Source of the DNA: Lama guanicoe
Taxonomy: Eukaryota
Length of the DNA: 64,000 bases
Direction of reading: 5' to 3'
NCBI GenBank assembly: GCA_013239625.1
Contig: MU053561.1
Span: 1,969,818 to 2,033,817, forward strand
The translations under genes and the position numbers were made by a program. How positions within the stretch are numbered: the stretch's first letter is position 1; each line of letters begins with the position of its first letter. The notes below the pieces were generated by a model. The model was given only the letters and a program-made list of their open reading frames with translations, had not been told where the DNA came from and did no database searches. Positions 1-12,399 of this stretch are shown here, in pieces.

Positions 1-435
1 TAGCAAGTTTGCAAGATACAAAGTAAATTTACAAAAATCATTTGTATTTCCATACACTACAAACAAAAATGGAATTGAAATTAAAATGCCATTTATAATA
101 GCATCAACATATAAAACACTTAGGAATAAATCTGACAAAAGAGGTGCAGATCTGCATACTGAAAACTACGAATACTGCTAAGCAAAATTAGACCTAAATA
201 AATGAAGTGACGTACCATGCACATGGATTGAAAGACTCAAGTTTTATGAAGATATCAATTCTTCCCAAATTGATCTGAAAGAGTCAAAACCATCTCAAAA
301 TAATCCCAGCAGGATTTGTTGTAGAAATTGACCAACTGATTCAAACATTGATATAAATGTATCAAATCAACATTTTGTATACCTTTAACTTACACAGAGT
401 TATGTATCAATTATATCTTTAACTACAAAAATAAT
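1..435 (+). mobile_element. Old L1 fragment (ORF2 reverse-transcriptase region, followed by a short L1 3'-end piece)
   Basis: L1 ORF2-like motifs acttaggaataaatctgacaaaagaggtg, atggattgaaagactcaa and atcccagcaggatttg; reading frame disrupted. Confidence 0.8.
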
Positions 436-724
436 TAAAAATTGATATGCAATATTTTTTCCCTACACTCCTGCTCCTAACCTGGATCACACATTTTATT
501 ATTATTTTTTATTTTTTCCTTTCATTTTCATTTTCACTTCTGTCTAACAGGGAGTTATATGCTTCTTATTATCCTCCTTTCTGAGGTAGCATTTGGCCCC
601 CTCCTTTCCCTCAAACCGTTATGGTATTTGCAAAGGAACATGATTATGTGTGATTGGAAATGAAATACGCATCAGTTTATCCATTTCAAAATATTTTCCC
701 CTTGAAAAAGTATGCTTAAAAACA

Positions 725-1030
725 TAGGATGGGCTGCCTTGGAAGACACTGAACTCCCAGTCCCCAGAAGCACGCAAGAGAGACAACTATCTTCATTCAA
801 TCCTAATTCACAAAAAACAAACAAAGAAACAAGCAAAAAAACACCCATTCACAGAACGTGTACTATGAACCAGACACTGGCAATACAGTAATAAACAAAG
901 CAATTAAAGTATCTGTCCTCACGGGTCTTAAAGTCTAGTAGCATGTCCAGGGTACTGGGGATTTCTGCATAGAACAGTTTTGAATGAGGTAACCCCAGAG
1001 TTCTCTTCTGGAAGTCTATAAATCTGTATT
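725..1030 (+). mobile_element. CR1/L3 3'-end remnant interrupted by a minus-strand L2 3' fragment (~795-940)
   Basis: gggctgccttggaagacactgaactcccag...cagaag resembles the L3 3' end; tactatgaaccagacactgg...gtcctcacgggtcttaaagtctagt resembles a reversed L2 tail. Confidence 0.45.
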
Positions 1031-2063
1031 TTCAGGATTAAAAAAAAAATAACAAAACAAACTTTTGTCTCCTAGCAAAGCAAATGCTTCCTTCACGCCC
1101 TCTCTGTTTGGGTCTTGAGAGCGGTAGACCGAATACAGTGCAGTAAGGAACCCAACACCTATGGAAGCAGCCCTCCAGCCTGAAACAAAAGAATTTGGCT
1201 GGCTCGCTCATTAATCAAATCCATCTTGTACAGGAGTGCTCTTGTGAGCCTCTGCCAGAGGGAAATATCAAACACATGGTCTCAGGCCGTTCTTACCCCT
1301 GGGAAAATGTGAAAGGGACTATGTCAGAAAAATGTAGATCTATTTCCAGGAAATTTCACCTTCTGGCACCGTCCCCTTCCCCTGGCTCTGGGTGCTGCTT
1401 TGGGGACTCCACTTCAGGAAAGTGAGGCAGCCAGTGAGCCAATCAGAGCCAGAGCGAGCAGATGGCCTAGCACTCTGGGAACATATCCCTCCAAGTGCTA
1501 CCACAGAAATGAGGGACAGTTCCAGGAAAACACGGAGTTGTAACTAGACTCATGGCTTAGGCACACGAGGCCAGCAATGAGGTGCCAAGAGCAGACTTGT
1601 TGGAGTCAGGGTGGAGGAGACCGCTGGCTTCTCCTGCAAACAAGTCAGTTTGAGTCTCCCCGCCTTATTGGACATGATCACTGCTCCTTCTCAGAGATAC
1701 CCCTTGGGTCTGCGGGCCGATGTCCAGTCAAATCTCGAATATCTGGGAGCAGTTTGAAGAGTTTCAGAAAAAAAAGTGAATGGACACCAAATAATCATTC
1801 TAGTAATGGTTTTACCCAAAGTGCTTTTTTGCAGCCTCCAAACTTTGTTTATGCTTTTTCTTCTTCCTGGGGTATTATTCTCTGCCTTCTGCCCTGTTGA
1901 AGTCCTATTTTTCTTTCCAGGATTATCTCAAGTGCTGCTTCTTCCATGAAGCTTTCCTGGATTCTTTCAACTCCAAGTAAGCTCTCTTCTCATAACATTC
2001 TAAATTTTCTTGTAGCAAATATTATACCTTATATTACAGCATTTTGTGCATGCAGTAATTACC

Positions 2064-2164
2064 TTTTTTTTTTTTAATGGAGGTACGGGGATTGAATCCA
2101 GGACCTCGTTCATGCTAAGCATGTGCTTTATCATTGAGCTAAACCCACCCCCGCCACCCATGCC
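2064..2164 (-). mobile_element. tRNA-derived SINE (camelid Vic-1-like), short form
   Basis: Reverse complement has pol III A-box and B-box-like motifs and a poly-A tail; flanking repeat ttaccttttt at 2059-2068 and 2165-2174. Confidence 0.85.
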
Positions 2165-2599
2165 TTACCTTTTTAAAAATTAAATTCTAAGTACCTTATG
2201 GACAGATGTCATATCTCATTCTTCTTTATATCTCATCCTGCCCCTTTAAGTTTCCTCCAGCCACCCTACATTTGCATATGGTAGGATTAGGAAAAGCTTG
2301 GGGACATGGAGTTGAGAAAACAGTCTTTAGAGCAATCAGTGGTAATGAAACTTCCCACTCCTGCAAAGGACAAGACTAGGTCTTTCCTACAGTCTCTCTG
2401 AGGTCTACAATGGCCTTTTCTGTCTCAATAATCTAAAAAATTAAAAAACTAAGTTCACACTTAGTAATGCCTAATTCATCCTGAATTGCTGGGGAATAAG
2501 CAGTTCCACGTAAGTGCATTTTCCAGATCACTGGAGCTTACTTATTGGAATCCAAAAGTTTAAAAATGATTTATAAAACATGCTTGCCCAAAGGCATTT

Positions 2600-2770
2600 A
2601 CAATATCTCTGGAAAAGTCCAAAAGAGAGCAGTTATAAGTGGTTGCATCCATGGAGGACAACGTGGAGATTAGGGAGCAGAGGTGGGGGGGAAATCCTAC
2701 TTCTCACTCTGTACTCTTTTGTACCTTTTGAATTTTGAATGATGTACATCTATTACCCCTTCATTTAAAA
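2600..2770 (+). mobile_element. Ancient L1ME-type 3'-end fragment
   Basis: agtggttgcatcc...tgtaccttttgaattttgaatgatgtacatctattacc is typical of old L1 3' UTRs. Confidence 0.55.
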
Positions 2771-3779
2771 CTAATTACACGCTTCCTTACTTCTTTAAAT
2801 ATAGTTGCTGAACCTAATTTAACTTTTCTTTCTGAATCAAGGTTATCATTATAAATACCATATATTGTCTTCTTCCTAAATAGCGTTACTCCAAAAAAAA
2901 AGGGTATGAAAGTTATACAGAGTTATATGCTCCTAGAGTAAATGGCTCCCAAACCACTGAGCCTCTAGAGATTTGAGATTTGGTTTACTTTTTAGATATT
3001 CTGTCTCTTCCCTGGCGCTTTCATTTTTTGTTGTTAATATAGTGACTGCTTATAGCAACCACTGCCCCCCTCCCACCTTCTGATTTGCTCATTTGTACTG
3101 ATGTGATTTGGAAGACAAGTGATCTCAGATGGTAAACAAAATTCATCAAATGGCGATGGGAAGAAAAAAATTCCAGGAGGTAAAGAAAATACTATTGCTA
3201 GTGGGCTATGGTTTTATGAAGTGGATTGGGCTGAATGGCGTTCTAACTGAACATCAGATTTACTTCTCTCTCAGTCAAAATCATACAGTGCTAAGCCTTT
3301 GGACAGCAGGCCTGGTGGACACCAAAGTAGTTACCGGATACCAGAGTGCTGCTAGAGGCAGTGCCTAAGAGAGTGAGAGATAACTCATGTCTTGCTGTCC
3401 ATGAAGGACACAGGAAAACTACCAAGATAGCACTGAGGGACTCAGAAAGTGATGAAAATCGGCATCGTTCAATGTATAGACTTAATGACATCTATTTTGG
3501 CCTTGTAGTGGCTTTTCTGACTCTTTCTGGCTTTTGTTTTAGGTTTTTGCATGTTTTTGCTGTTTTTCACTATAATTCTGGATACCTGAGTGACTAGATA
3601 AGTAGCTCCTGGAAAAGTAGAATTTCTATTAATATCATCGTTAACATTATTCTTTTCTCTTTTTACCTGAGTGATGTTTTTTTAGAAAATCCTGGACGAT
3701 TAAGACAATTAACTGGCAACACAGATTTAAGCAATGATAGCTCCAAAATCAGGTTAAGCAACACCTTCGTTAATACACT

Positions 3780-4400
3780 GTCACCAAGAATGAAGCCCTG
3801 AGCAGCACCATCGTGGGTTAAAGTATAAAAAGTCTGAAAAAAATTATTGGAGAACTAGAAAGCTGAAAAACCAAGGACAGAGAATGAGATGAGGTCAAAA
3901 TATGGTGTTAACATTCAAAAAAGAAAGCTAATTGTGGAAATTACTGGCCAGTAAATTGAATCATCGTAGTAATAAAACAGATGTTAACAGTGAAAATCCA
4001 TCGACATCTGGAAAGAATAAACTCACAAAGGATTTATGGAAAGGAGTGAGTTCAAGAGAATCGGCAGAAGAAAAAAATCAGAGTGAGGCCAGCTCTTTAG
4101 TAAAGGATTTGGAACTTGGGTGAAGGGTTTTGCACAGCCTGCCATGCCATTGCTACTCTCAGGCCAGTTCAGGATGCGAACACGGTCACATGGACTCCAA
4201 AGCTGGCTGGGAGATCGTAAGTGAAGGATAATGATATAAACACCCAGCAACAGCTCCAGTGAGGGGAGCAGGGGGCTTAGGGCACTTCCCTGGAGAGCAG
4301 GGTCAGGTCTGGTTTTATTTAACATCTTTGCTAATGATTTAAAAGCAGCAACAAACATGTCAAGAAAATGTGCAAAGCACATCAACTATAGACAAGGTAC
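3780..4400 (+). mobile_element. CR1/L3 LINE reverse-transcriptase remnant
   Basis: attcaaaaaag...ggaaattactggccagtaa (degenerate IFKK..GNYRPV) and cagggtcaggtctggttttatttaacatctttgctaatgattt (degenerate GPVLFNIFINDL). Confidence 0.55.
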
Positions 4401-4779
4401 ACACCCCATCCAGCAAGGAGCTTATCCAACAGGACCAAAAGCAATTACCAAAGGGAGCTGGAAATAACCTAGGTCAGAGCTGCCTAGGAAAATAATCTGG
4501 AAAAAAAAAAAAAAGAAAAAACCCAAACCAAAAACAATCACTCTTCAGGGTTCGGTGAGAAAGGAAGGTGGGAGGGGGAAAGAATTAGAGGGATAGAATA
4601 GGACATAAATGTGGCCAAAAGTAGTCCCAGAGGACAAATCATGTTTAACAACATAACAGGGGAATGAGGAAGTCCAACAGGGCAGAGGTCCAGTTCTGAG
4701 GTATGTAAATGTATGGTTGCTGTTCAGCAAATGTGAAATGATAACTCTCAGAGGAGAACCCATACCCCTTGCCCTAATA

Positions 4780-5335
4780 TTATTGCTGAAACTCGGCCTC
4801 TGTACCCCACTTACCAAATTGAGACTTGAAGACAGAGTTTTGGATGAAGTAGAAAAGGCAGCTTTATTTCTTTGCCAAGCAAAGGAGGTCACAGTGGGCT
4901 AACGCCTTCAAGACCGAGTTTGCAGGGGAGAGAAAGCAGGGGGTTTTACAGTAAGAGTTCAAGGGGTGGTACTGATTTCCATAGAAGTCACATAAAGGGT
5001 AACAACTTGTTGCAAAGTCGTCCTTGTTTTTGTAGCAGCAGCAGTTCTCTTTCTTCTGCTGGGTATGATGTTCATCTCTGGCTTTGGAACTCTTCTAATA
5101 TTCTTGTGCCTGAAACAAAGGTGCTTAGGAAAAGGATCTGTGGAAAAGCACTCTAGAGAAAAATTTGTGCAGTTTAAAGTCAGGTTAATATGCGCTTCTG
5201 GCATTTTAGGCAGGCAGGGGCCTGAGACCTCTTGCTGCAGTGTTTGCAGAAGCTGGGACAACAGAATACAAAGAAACCATAAGGGGCTAAAAATTACTGC
5301 AGACATGTGCAATTCAGGGTGAGTTATGAACAACA
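4780..5335 (-). mobile_element. ERV1-class solo LTR
   Basis: gacagagttttggatgaagtagaaaaggcagctttatttctttgccaagcaaagg contains a reversed AATAAA in a context typical of laurasiatherian ERV1 LTRs; ends approximate. Confidence 0.65.
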
Positions 5336-5605
5336 AGATGCACAAGACACCCAACTAATGTCTTGGAGGCGTTGGGAACAAAATGAGGGGGATGGGCAGA
5401 TCACTAGAGACCCCCCCCCACCATCTCCAGCCCAATTCTGGTCAGCAAAAGCATGGGAAAAACCCCTTAAACTATTACACAGTTAAGCAATTACAAATGC
5501 CATATGGTCACCTATGACAACAACTTCCTGCTTAGTTACAGTATGCAACACTAAATCCCTCTGTACCTCAAAACCCATTCTGTACCTGCTTCTAGACTGT
5601 CTAGA

Positions 5606-6130
5606 CCAGGACTTCTCAAACTTCCATGTATATAAAATCCCCTGGAAGGGGAGACTATGCATTTCTCACAGGCTTCCAGGTAATGCCAATGTCGATCCAC
5701 AGGCCATGTATTCGAAAAGCAAAGCACCAGAGCAGCAGTGTTCAACAGAGCTTTCTGCAGTGAAGGAAGTGTTTTTAATCTGCACTGTCCACTACAGGAG
5801 CCAGTGTCACATGTGGCTGTTAATACTAGCATGACTCATGACCTAATTTAAAATTGTTATTTAATTTTAATTCATGTTACTTTGGGTTGTTTTTTTTTTT
5901 TTGAGGGGGAAGGGGAAAGTAATTAGGTTTTTAAAAATTTAACTTTTTAAATGGAGGTACTGGGGATTGAACCCAGGACCTCATGCATGCTAAGCATGTG
6001 CTCTACCACTGAGCTATACCCTCCCCCATAGTTCATTTTAACTTAAATAGACACATGGCTATTGGCTCCTGTATTGGACAGCACAGCTCTAAAGCAATTA
6101 GATGCACATTAAATTTTAAGAAGCACTGGT
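5606..6130. mobile_element. hAT-Charlie MER5-like element containing a MER3-like element (~5736-6085)
   Basis: MER5-like ends cttctcaaactt... and gatgcacattaaattttaagaagcactg; MER3-like agctttctgcagtgaagga...ctgcactgtcc...gtattggacagcacag. Confidence 0.65.
5889..6027 (-). mobile_element. tRNA-derived SINE (Vic-1-like) inserted in the MER3-like element
   Basis: ggggattgaacccaggacctcatgcatgctaagcatgtgctctaccactgagctataccctccccc plus the gtaattaggttt tail motif and poly-T. Confidence 0.9.
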
Positions 6131-6308
6131 CTGGAAAATGCCAGGTCACATATTTCCTTCCCCCAACAAACCATTAATCATATAGGCATGTGAGCTTCAC
6201 TATACTGAGCATTCAGCTGGATTGACAACCAGTTTGACTGGAAATAAGGATTTAGTTTATCTGATGGTTACTTTTATTACAAAATTATACTCTGAAGAAA
6301 ATGAAACT

Positions 6309-6940
6309 ACCGTATATAATCCAGCAATTCCACTCCTGGGTGTATATCTGAGGAAAACAAAAACACTAATTCGGAAAGGTACATGCACCCCAATGTTCAA
6401 AGCAGCATTATTTACAATAGCTGAGATAATGGAGGCAACCTAAGTGTCCATCAACAGATGAATGGATACAGATGTGGTATGTATATACAATGGAATACTA
6501 CTCAGCCATTAACAAGAATGAAATTATGCCATTTGCAATAACGTGGATGGATCTGGAAGGTATTATGCTTAGTGAAATAAGTCAGTCAGAGAAAGACAAA
6601 TACTGTATGTTTTCACTTTTATGTGAAATCTGAAAATTAAGACAAATTAATGAATATAACAGAACAGAAACAGATGCATAGAAGCAGAGGACAAACTATT
6701 GTTTGGATTTCTTAGGGAAGAGGAGCTGGGGGAAGGGCAAAATAGAGGAAGGGGATTAAGGGTACAAACTACTAGGTATAAAATAAATAAGATACAAGGT
6801 TGTAATGTACAGCACAGGTAACACAGCCAATATTTTATAATAACTTAAAATTATAATCTGTAAGTATAATCTACAAAATATTGAATAGCTATTGTACACC
6901 TGAAACTAATACAATACTGTAAATCAACTCTACTTCAACT
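6309..6940 (+). mobile_element. 5'-truncated L1 (ORF2 C-terminus and 3' UTR)
   Basis: Translates YNPAIPLLGVY...TCTPMFKAALFTIA; 3' UTR ends ttgtacacctgaaactaatacaatactgtaaatcaactctacttcaa. Confidence 0.9.
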
Positions 6941-6976
6941 TGTACTCCACTTACAGACGTTACAAAGAAAGGTGAT

Positions 6977-7147
6977 GGAGGGAGGGTATAGCTCAGTGGT
7001 AGAGTGCATGCTTAGCAAGCACAAGGTCTTGGGTTCAATCCCCAGTATCTCCATTAAAAAAATAAACAAGTAAAGTAAGTAAATAAGTAAATAAACCTAA
7101 TTGCCTCCCCACCCAAAAACTTAATAAAAATGTTTAAAAATTTAAAA
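6977..7147 (+). mobile_element. tRNA-derived SINE (Vic-1-like), full length
   Basis: A box tagctcagtgg, B box ggttcaatccc, A-rich tail; perfect 13-bp TSD aaagaaaggtgat at 6964-6976 and 7148-7160. Confidence 0.92.
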
Positions 7148-7857
7148 AAAGAAAGGTGATAAGACATTTAAGCAAATAAAACATTTGCCACATTTTAGTC
7201 TTGTTAAACAGTTTTATGAAATTACGGTTGACATACAATAAGCTGCATATATTGAAAGAGTAAATTTTGACAATTTTTGTCATATCCCATTACTATAGTC
7301 AAGAAAATGAACGTATTTATTATTCCCCAAAATCTTCTTGTACTCTTTGTAATCCTTCCAACCTGCACTACCCTCCTCTCATTCATCAACAGGCAATCAT
7401 TGACTTGTTCTCTGTTGCTATACATTAGTTTGCATTTCCTAGAATTCCATATAAATGAAATCCTACAGTGTGTACTATTTTATTTCCCTGGTTTACCAAA
7501 GTTGTACCATTTTACATTCCAACCAGCAGTATACAAGAGTTCCAATTCCTCCATATTTTCACCAACACATTATATAGTCAGACTTTTAAATTTTAGCCAT
7601 TCTAATAGGAGAGCAATAATATCACATTGTGGTTTTAACTTGCATTTTTCTAATGATCAGTGATACTAAGTATATTTTCATGCACACTTCTGTATCTTTG
7701 GTAGAATGTCTTTCCAAGTTTTTTGCCCATATTTTCCTATTTGTCATTGTTGTTTGTTTTCTTATTATTGAGTTTTGAGAGTGTTTCTTATATTCTAAAT
7801 CAAGCACTTTCTCAGAAATTTGCAGATATTTTCCTCCCAATTTGTGGCTTGTCTTTT

Positions 7858-9416
7858 TTTTTTTAATTGAAGTATAGTTGATTTACAATAGTAAGTGAGT
7901 TTCAGTTGTACAGCATAGTGATTCAGTATTTTTGCAGATTATACTCCATTATAGGTTATTACAAGATAATGAGTATAATTCCTTGTGCTCTATGGTATAT
8001 CTTTGATGCTTATCTATTTTATATACAATAGTTTGTAACCTCTTAACCTCATACCTCTAATTTGACCCTCCCCTTTTCCCTTCCCTCTTTGGTAACCACA
8101 AGTTTGTTTTCTATATCTGTGAATCTTTTTGTGTTTTTCATATACATTCATTTGTATTATTTTCTAGATTTAGCATATTAGTGATACAAAACAGTATTTA
8201 TCTTTCTCTAACTTATTTCACTAAACATAATATTCTCTAGCTCCATTCACATTGCTGCAAATGGCAGTATTTCATTCTTTTTTATGGCTGAGTAGTATTC
8301 CATTGCATATGTATCACATCTTTTTTTTTTTAATTGAAGTACAGTTAGTTACAATGTATCAATTTCTGGTGTACAGCATAATGTCCCAGTCATACACACA
8401 CACATATTCATTTTCATATTCTTTTTCATTAAATGTTATTACAAGATATTGAATATAGTTCCCTGTGCTATACGGAAGAAATTTGTTTTTTATATATTTT
8501 CATATATAGTAGTTAATATTTCCAAATCTCAAACTCCAAAATTTATTCCTTCCCACCCTCTTACCTCCAGTAACCATAAGATTGCTTACTATGGCTGCAA
8601 GTCTGTTCTATTTTGTAGATGAGTTCATTAGTCTCTTCTTTTTTCTCTTTTTAGACACCACATATGAGTGACATCATATGGTATTTTTCTTCCTCTTTCT
8701 GGCTTACTTCACTTAGAATGATGATCTCCAGTTCCATCCATGTTGTTGCAAATGGTATTATTTTATTCTTTTTTAAGGCTGAGTAGTATTTCACTTTATA
8801 ATTATACCACAACTTGTTTATCCAGTCATCTATCAATGAACATTTAGGTTGCCTCCATGTCTTGGCTATTGTAAATAGTGCTTCTATGAACATTGGGGTG
8901 CATGTATCTTTTTGAATTAGAGTTCCCTCCATATATATGCACAGGAGTGGGTTTGCTGGATCATATGATAAGTCTATTTTTAGTTGTTTTAGGAATCTCC
9001 ATACTATTTTCCATAATGGCTGCACCTTACTACATTCCCACCAGCAGTGTAGGAGAGTTCCACTTTCTCTACACTTTCTCCAGCATTTATCATTTGTGGA
9101 CTTTGTAATGATGGCCATTCTGACTATATACCATGTCTTCTTAATCTAATCATCTGTTGATGGGCACTTGGGTCACTTCCATGTCTTGGCTATGTAGTAC
9201 ATGCATTTTTTAAAATTAGGGTTTTCATTTTTTCTGAATACATACCCTGGAGTGGAATTGCTGGATCATATGGTGTTCTCATTTTAGTTTTTTGAGGTAC
9301 CTCCTGCTATTTTCCCTAGTGGCTGCACCAGTTTACATTCCCACCAACAGTGTATAAGAGTTCCCTATTCTTGGATTCCTCTACAACATTTGTTATTTGT
9401 AGACTTTTTGGTGATA
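7858..9416 (-). mobile_element. Younger 5'-truncated L1 inserted in the old L1
   Basis: Poly-T then ttgaagtatagttgatttacaat; perfect 15-bp TSD tgtggcttgtctttt at 7843-7857 and 9417-9431. Confidence 0.9.
8321..9125 (-). mobile_element. Youngest nested 5'-truncated L1 (ORF2 C-terminus)
   Basis: ORF 8651-9118 reads KCWRKC...[10 protein letters not shown]...[11 protein letters not shown]...PFATTWMELE, the L1 ORF2 Cys-rich C-terminus; poly-T at 8320; degenerate TSD tatgtatcacatctt/tatataccatgtctt. Confidence 0.92.
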
Positions 9417-11352
9417 TGTGGCTTGTCTTTTCATTCTCTTAAAGGTGTCTTTTGAAGAGTAAATTCTTTGCAATTGATGAAGCCCAATTAATCAATTATT
9501 TCTTTTATTTTAGTGTTGTAGATAAGAAATCTTTGCTTAACTCAAGATCACAAAGATTTTTTTTACTGTTTTCTTCTATAAAACTTCTAAAACTTTTATA
9601 AATTTACATATAAACCCATTGAAGTAAATTTTTGTACATCGTGTTAGGTATGAATCAATGTTCATCTTTTTGCATATAGATACCAGTTATTTCAATACCA
9701 TCTGTTGAAAAGACAATGCTTTCTCTACTAAATTCTTTTGCATCTTTGTTGAAACTCAATTGACTGTATGCATGTGGGTCAATTTTTGGACTTTATTCTT
9801 TCCATTGACTGATTTGTCTATCTTGACACCAGTACCCTACTGTCTTGATTACTATAAATTTTAGAATAAATCTGGAATTCAGGTAGCGCTAGTCCAACTT
9901 TGTTCTTCTTTTTCAAAATTGTTTTAGCTATTCCAGATCCTCTGGATTTCCAGATGAATTTTAGAATCATCTTGTCAATTTCTGAAAAAAACGCCTACTG
10001 GGATTTTGATTGGACTTGCTTTGAATCTATAGATTAACTTGTGGAAAATTGATATCTTATAGTATTGAATCTCTGATCCATAAACACAATATCTCTGCCT
10101 GTATTTATTTAGATCTTCTTTAATTTCTTTCAGCAATGATTTTTAGTTTTCAGTGTACAAAATTGATCAGATTTATGCCTAAATATTTCATATTTATTTT
10201 ATTGTATTGTAAGTGGTATTTTTAAAATTTCAGTTTTGATTGTGCATTGCTAGTATACAGAAATAGAATTGATTTTTTAATATTGATCTTATATCTTGCA
10301 TACTTGATAAATTCATTGATTAATTTTCATAGCTTTTTTTGGGGGGATTCCATCAGATACTCTACATAGACCATCATGCCATCTGCAGATAAAGACGTTG
10401 TACTTCTTGCTTGCCAATCTGAGTGCCTTTTATTGCTTTCATTGCCTATTGTACTGATTAGAACCTCCAAAGCCATGATGTATAGAAGTGATGAAAATGG
10501 GTGATCCTTGTCTTGTTCCTGAACTAAGAGGGAAAGCTTTCAGTCCCTCACTATTAAGTGTGGTGTTAGCCATTGGTTTATCATAGATGTTTCTTATCAG
10601 GCTGAGGAAATTTTCTTCTATTCTTAGTTGCTGAGATTTTTTAATAGAAATGGACGTTGGATTTTGTCAAATGTTTCCTTTGCATCTATTGAGATAATCA
10701 CATGGATTTTCTTTTTAAAATCTGTTAATCGGTGAGTTACACTGACCAATTTTCAAACATAGAAACAATCCTGCATTCCTGGGATAGACTCTACTTGGTC
10801 ATGTATTATCCTTCTTATATATTGTTGGATTCACTTTGCTAAAAAAATGTTGTATTTTTGTATTTATGTTTGTTAAGGATATTGGCCTATAGTTTTCCTT
10901 TCTTATAATGCCTTCAGTTTAGGTATCAAAATAATGCTGGGCTCATAGAATAAGTTGGGAAGTATTCCCTTTACTTCCACTTTCTGGAAGTGTTTGCATA
11001 GAATTGGTATTATTTCTTTCTTTAATGTTTAATAGAATTCCCCCAGTGAAGTCTTCTTAACCTTGAGTTTTCTTTGTAGGAAAGTTTTCAACTACAAAAT
11101 AAATTTCTTCAATAGATACAGGAATATTCAAATTATCAGTTTCTTCTTGAGCAAGCTTTGGTAGTTTGTGTCTCTCAAGAAATTTGTCCCTTTAATCTGA
11201 GTTGTCAGATTTCTTGGCCTAACGTGGTTCAAGAGATTTCTTTATTATCTTTTTAATCCCTATGGAACCAATAGGGATGTATTTCTCATTCTGATACTGA
11301 TAATTTGTGTCTTCTCCATTTCCTGATCAGTCTGATCAGTTTTATCACTTTT

Positions 11353-11809
11353 TAAAAATTGAAGTTCAGTCAATTTACAATGTTATGTTAGTTTCTGGTG
11401 TATACATATCTGAATCACTACATATAGATATATAGAGAGACATATATTTATACACATATGTATATTCTTTTTCATTATAGGTTATTACAAGATACTGAAT
11501 GTAGTTCCCTGTGCTATATATTAGGACCTTGTTGTTTATCTGTTTTATACATAGTAGTTTCTATCTGTTAATCCCCAGCTCCTAATCTATTCCTCCCCGC
11601 ACCTACTTTCCCCTTTGGTAACCATAAATTTGTTTTCTACATTTAGGAGTCTCTTTCTGTTTTGTAAATGAGTCCATTTGTATCATTTTTCTTTTTAGAT
11701 TCCACATTTCAGTGATATCATACTCTATTTGTCTTTCTCTGACTTACTTCACTTAGTATGAACAACTCTGGGTCCATCCATGTTGCTACAAACAGTATTT
11801 TTTCATTCT
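11353..11809 (-). mobile_element. 5'-truncated L1 3' end
   Basis: Reversed L1 3' UTR; TSD ttttatcactttt at 11340-11352 and 11810-11822. Confidence 0.88.
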
Positions 11810-12399
11810 TTTTATCACTTTTGTTGAGTTATTTTCTTCCATAGACTTGAGTACTGTGGGCAGTGTCAACATTTCTATTAAACAAATAATCAAAACTTTG
11901 AACTTGTTTGAGTATCAATGCAACGAAATTGACTAATCTTTTATGGTCATGCTTTTCCACCCTCTCCCTGCCAGTCCCCCATTCTTTCCCTAAAGGCGGG
12001 TTCAGGAATTCCTCAAGGGTTTAGACCCTTGCTAGCAGAACCTTCACAGAACTCTTTCAGTGATAATCCTCCACCAAACCAATCAAATAGCAAAGAGGTG
12101 GTCAAAATGAGCCTGTCCAGTTCTGCCCTCATGGATCAACATCACCTCTTACTCCTACTTGACCAAAACCACTGGGAGTAAATGGGATTTGAGGAATAAC
12201 AGAAACACTCCCCAGAACTGTAGCCACAGAAAAGCCAGAGGGCCAGGCCTAAGAGTCGTAAATTGAAGAGAAGCCAACATAATCCATTTGCTGTATGTTC
12301 TGTTACCTATTATTTCATAGGACTTCAGGTTGTTAAGTGGGAAATAGTTGCTAATTCTTAACACTAGAGGTAAGACGAAGTAGAAAAGGAATACACATA

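Larger units (their letters stand above)
7205..11352 (-). mobile_element. Old L1 (L1MC/MD/ME-type) 3' UTR and ORF2 remnant, host to younger L1 insertions
   Basis: Continuous reversed L1 ORF2-like sequence at 7205-7857 and 9417-11352, with many stops and frameshifts. Confidence 0.85.

Noticed and set aside
6977..7050. tRNA-like A and B boxes (also at ~2100, 5990, 16310 and 45740)
   Set aside because: These are SINE heads with A tails, some with clear TSDs, not functional tRNA genes.
8651..9118. 155-aa ORF, and similar ORFs at 6222, 21734, 31086, 38548 and 59274
   Set aside because: These are L1 ORF2 C-terminal fragments of truncated insertions, not host genes.
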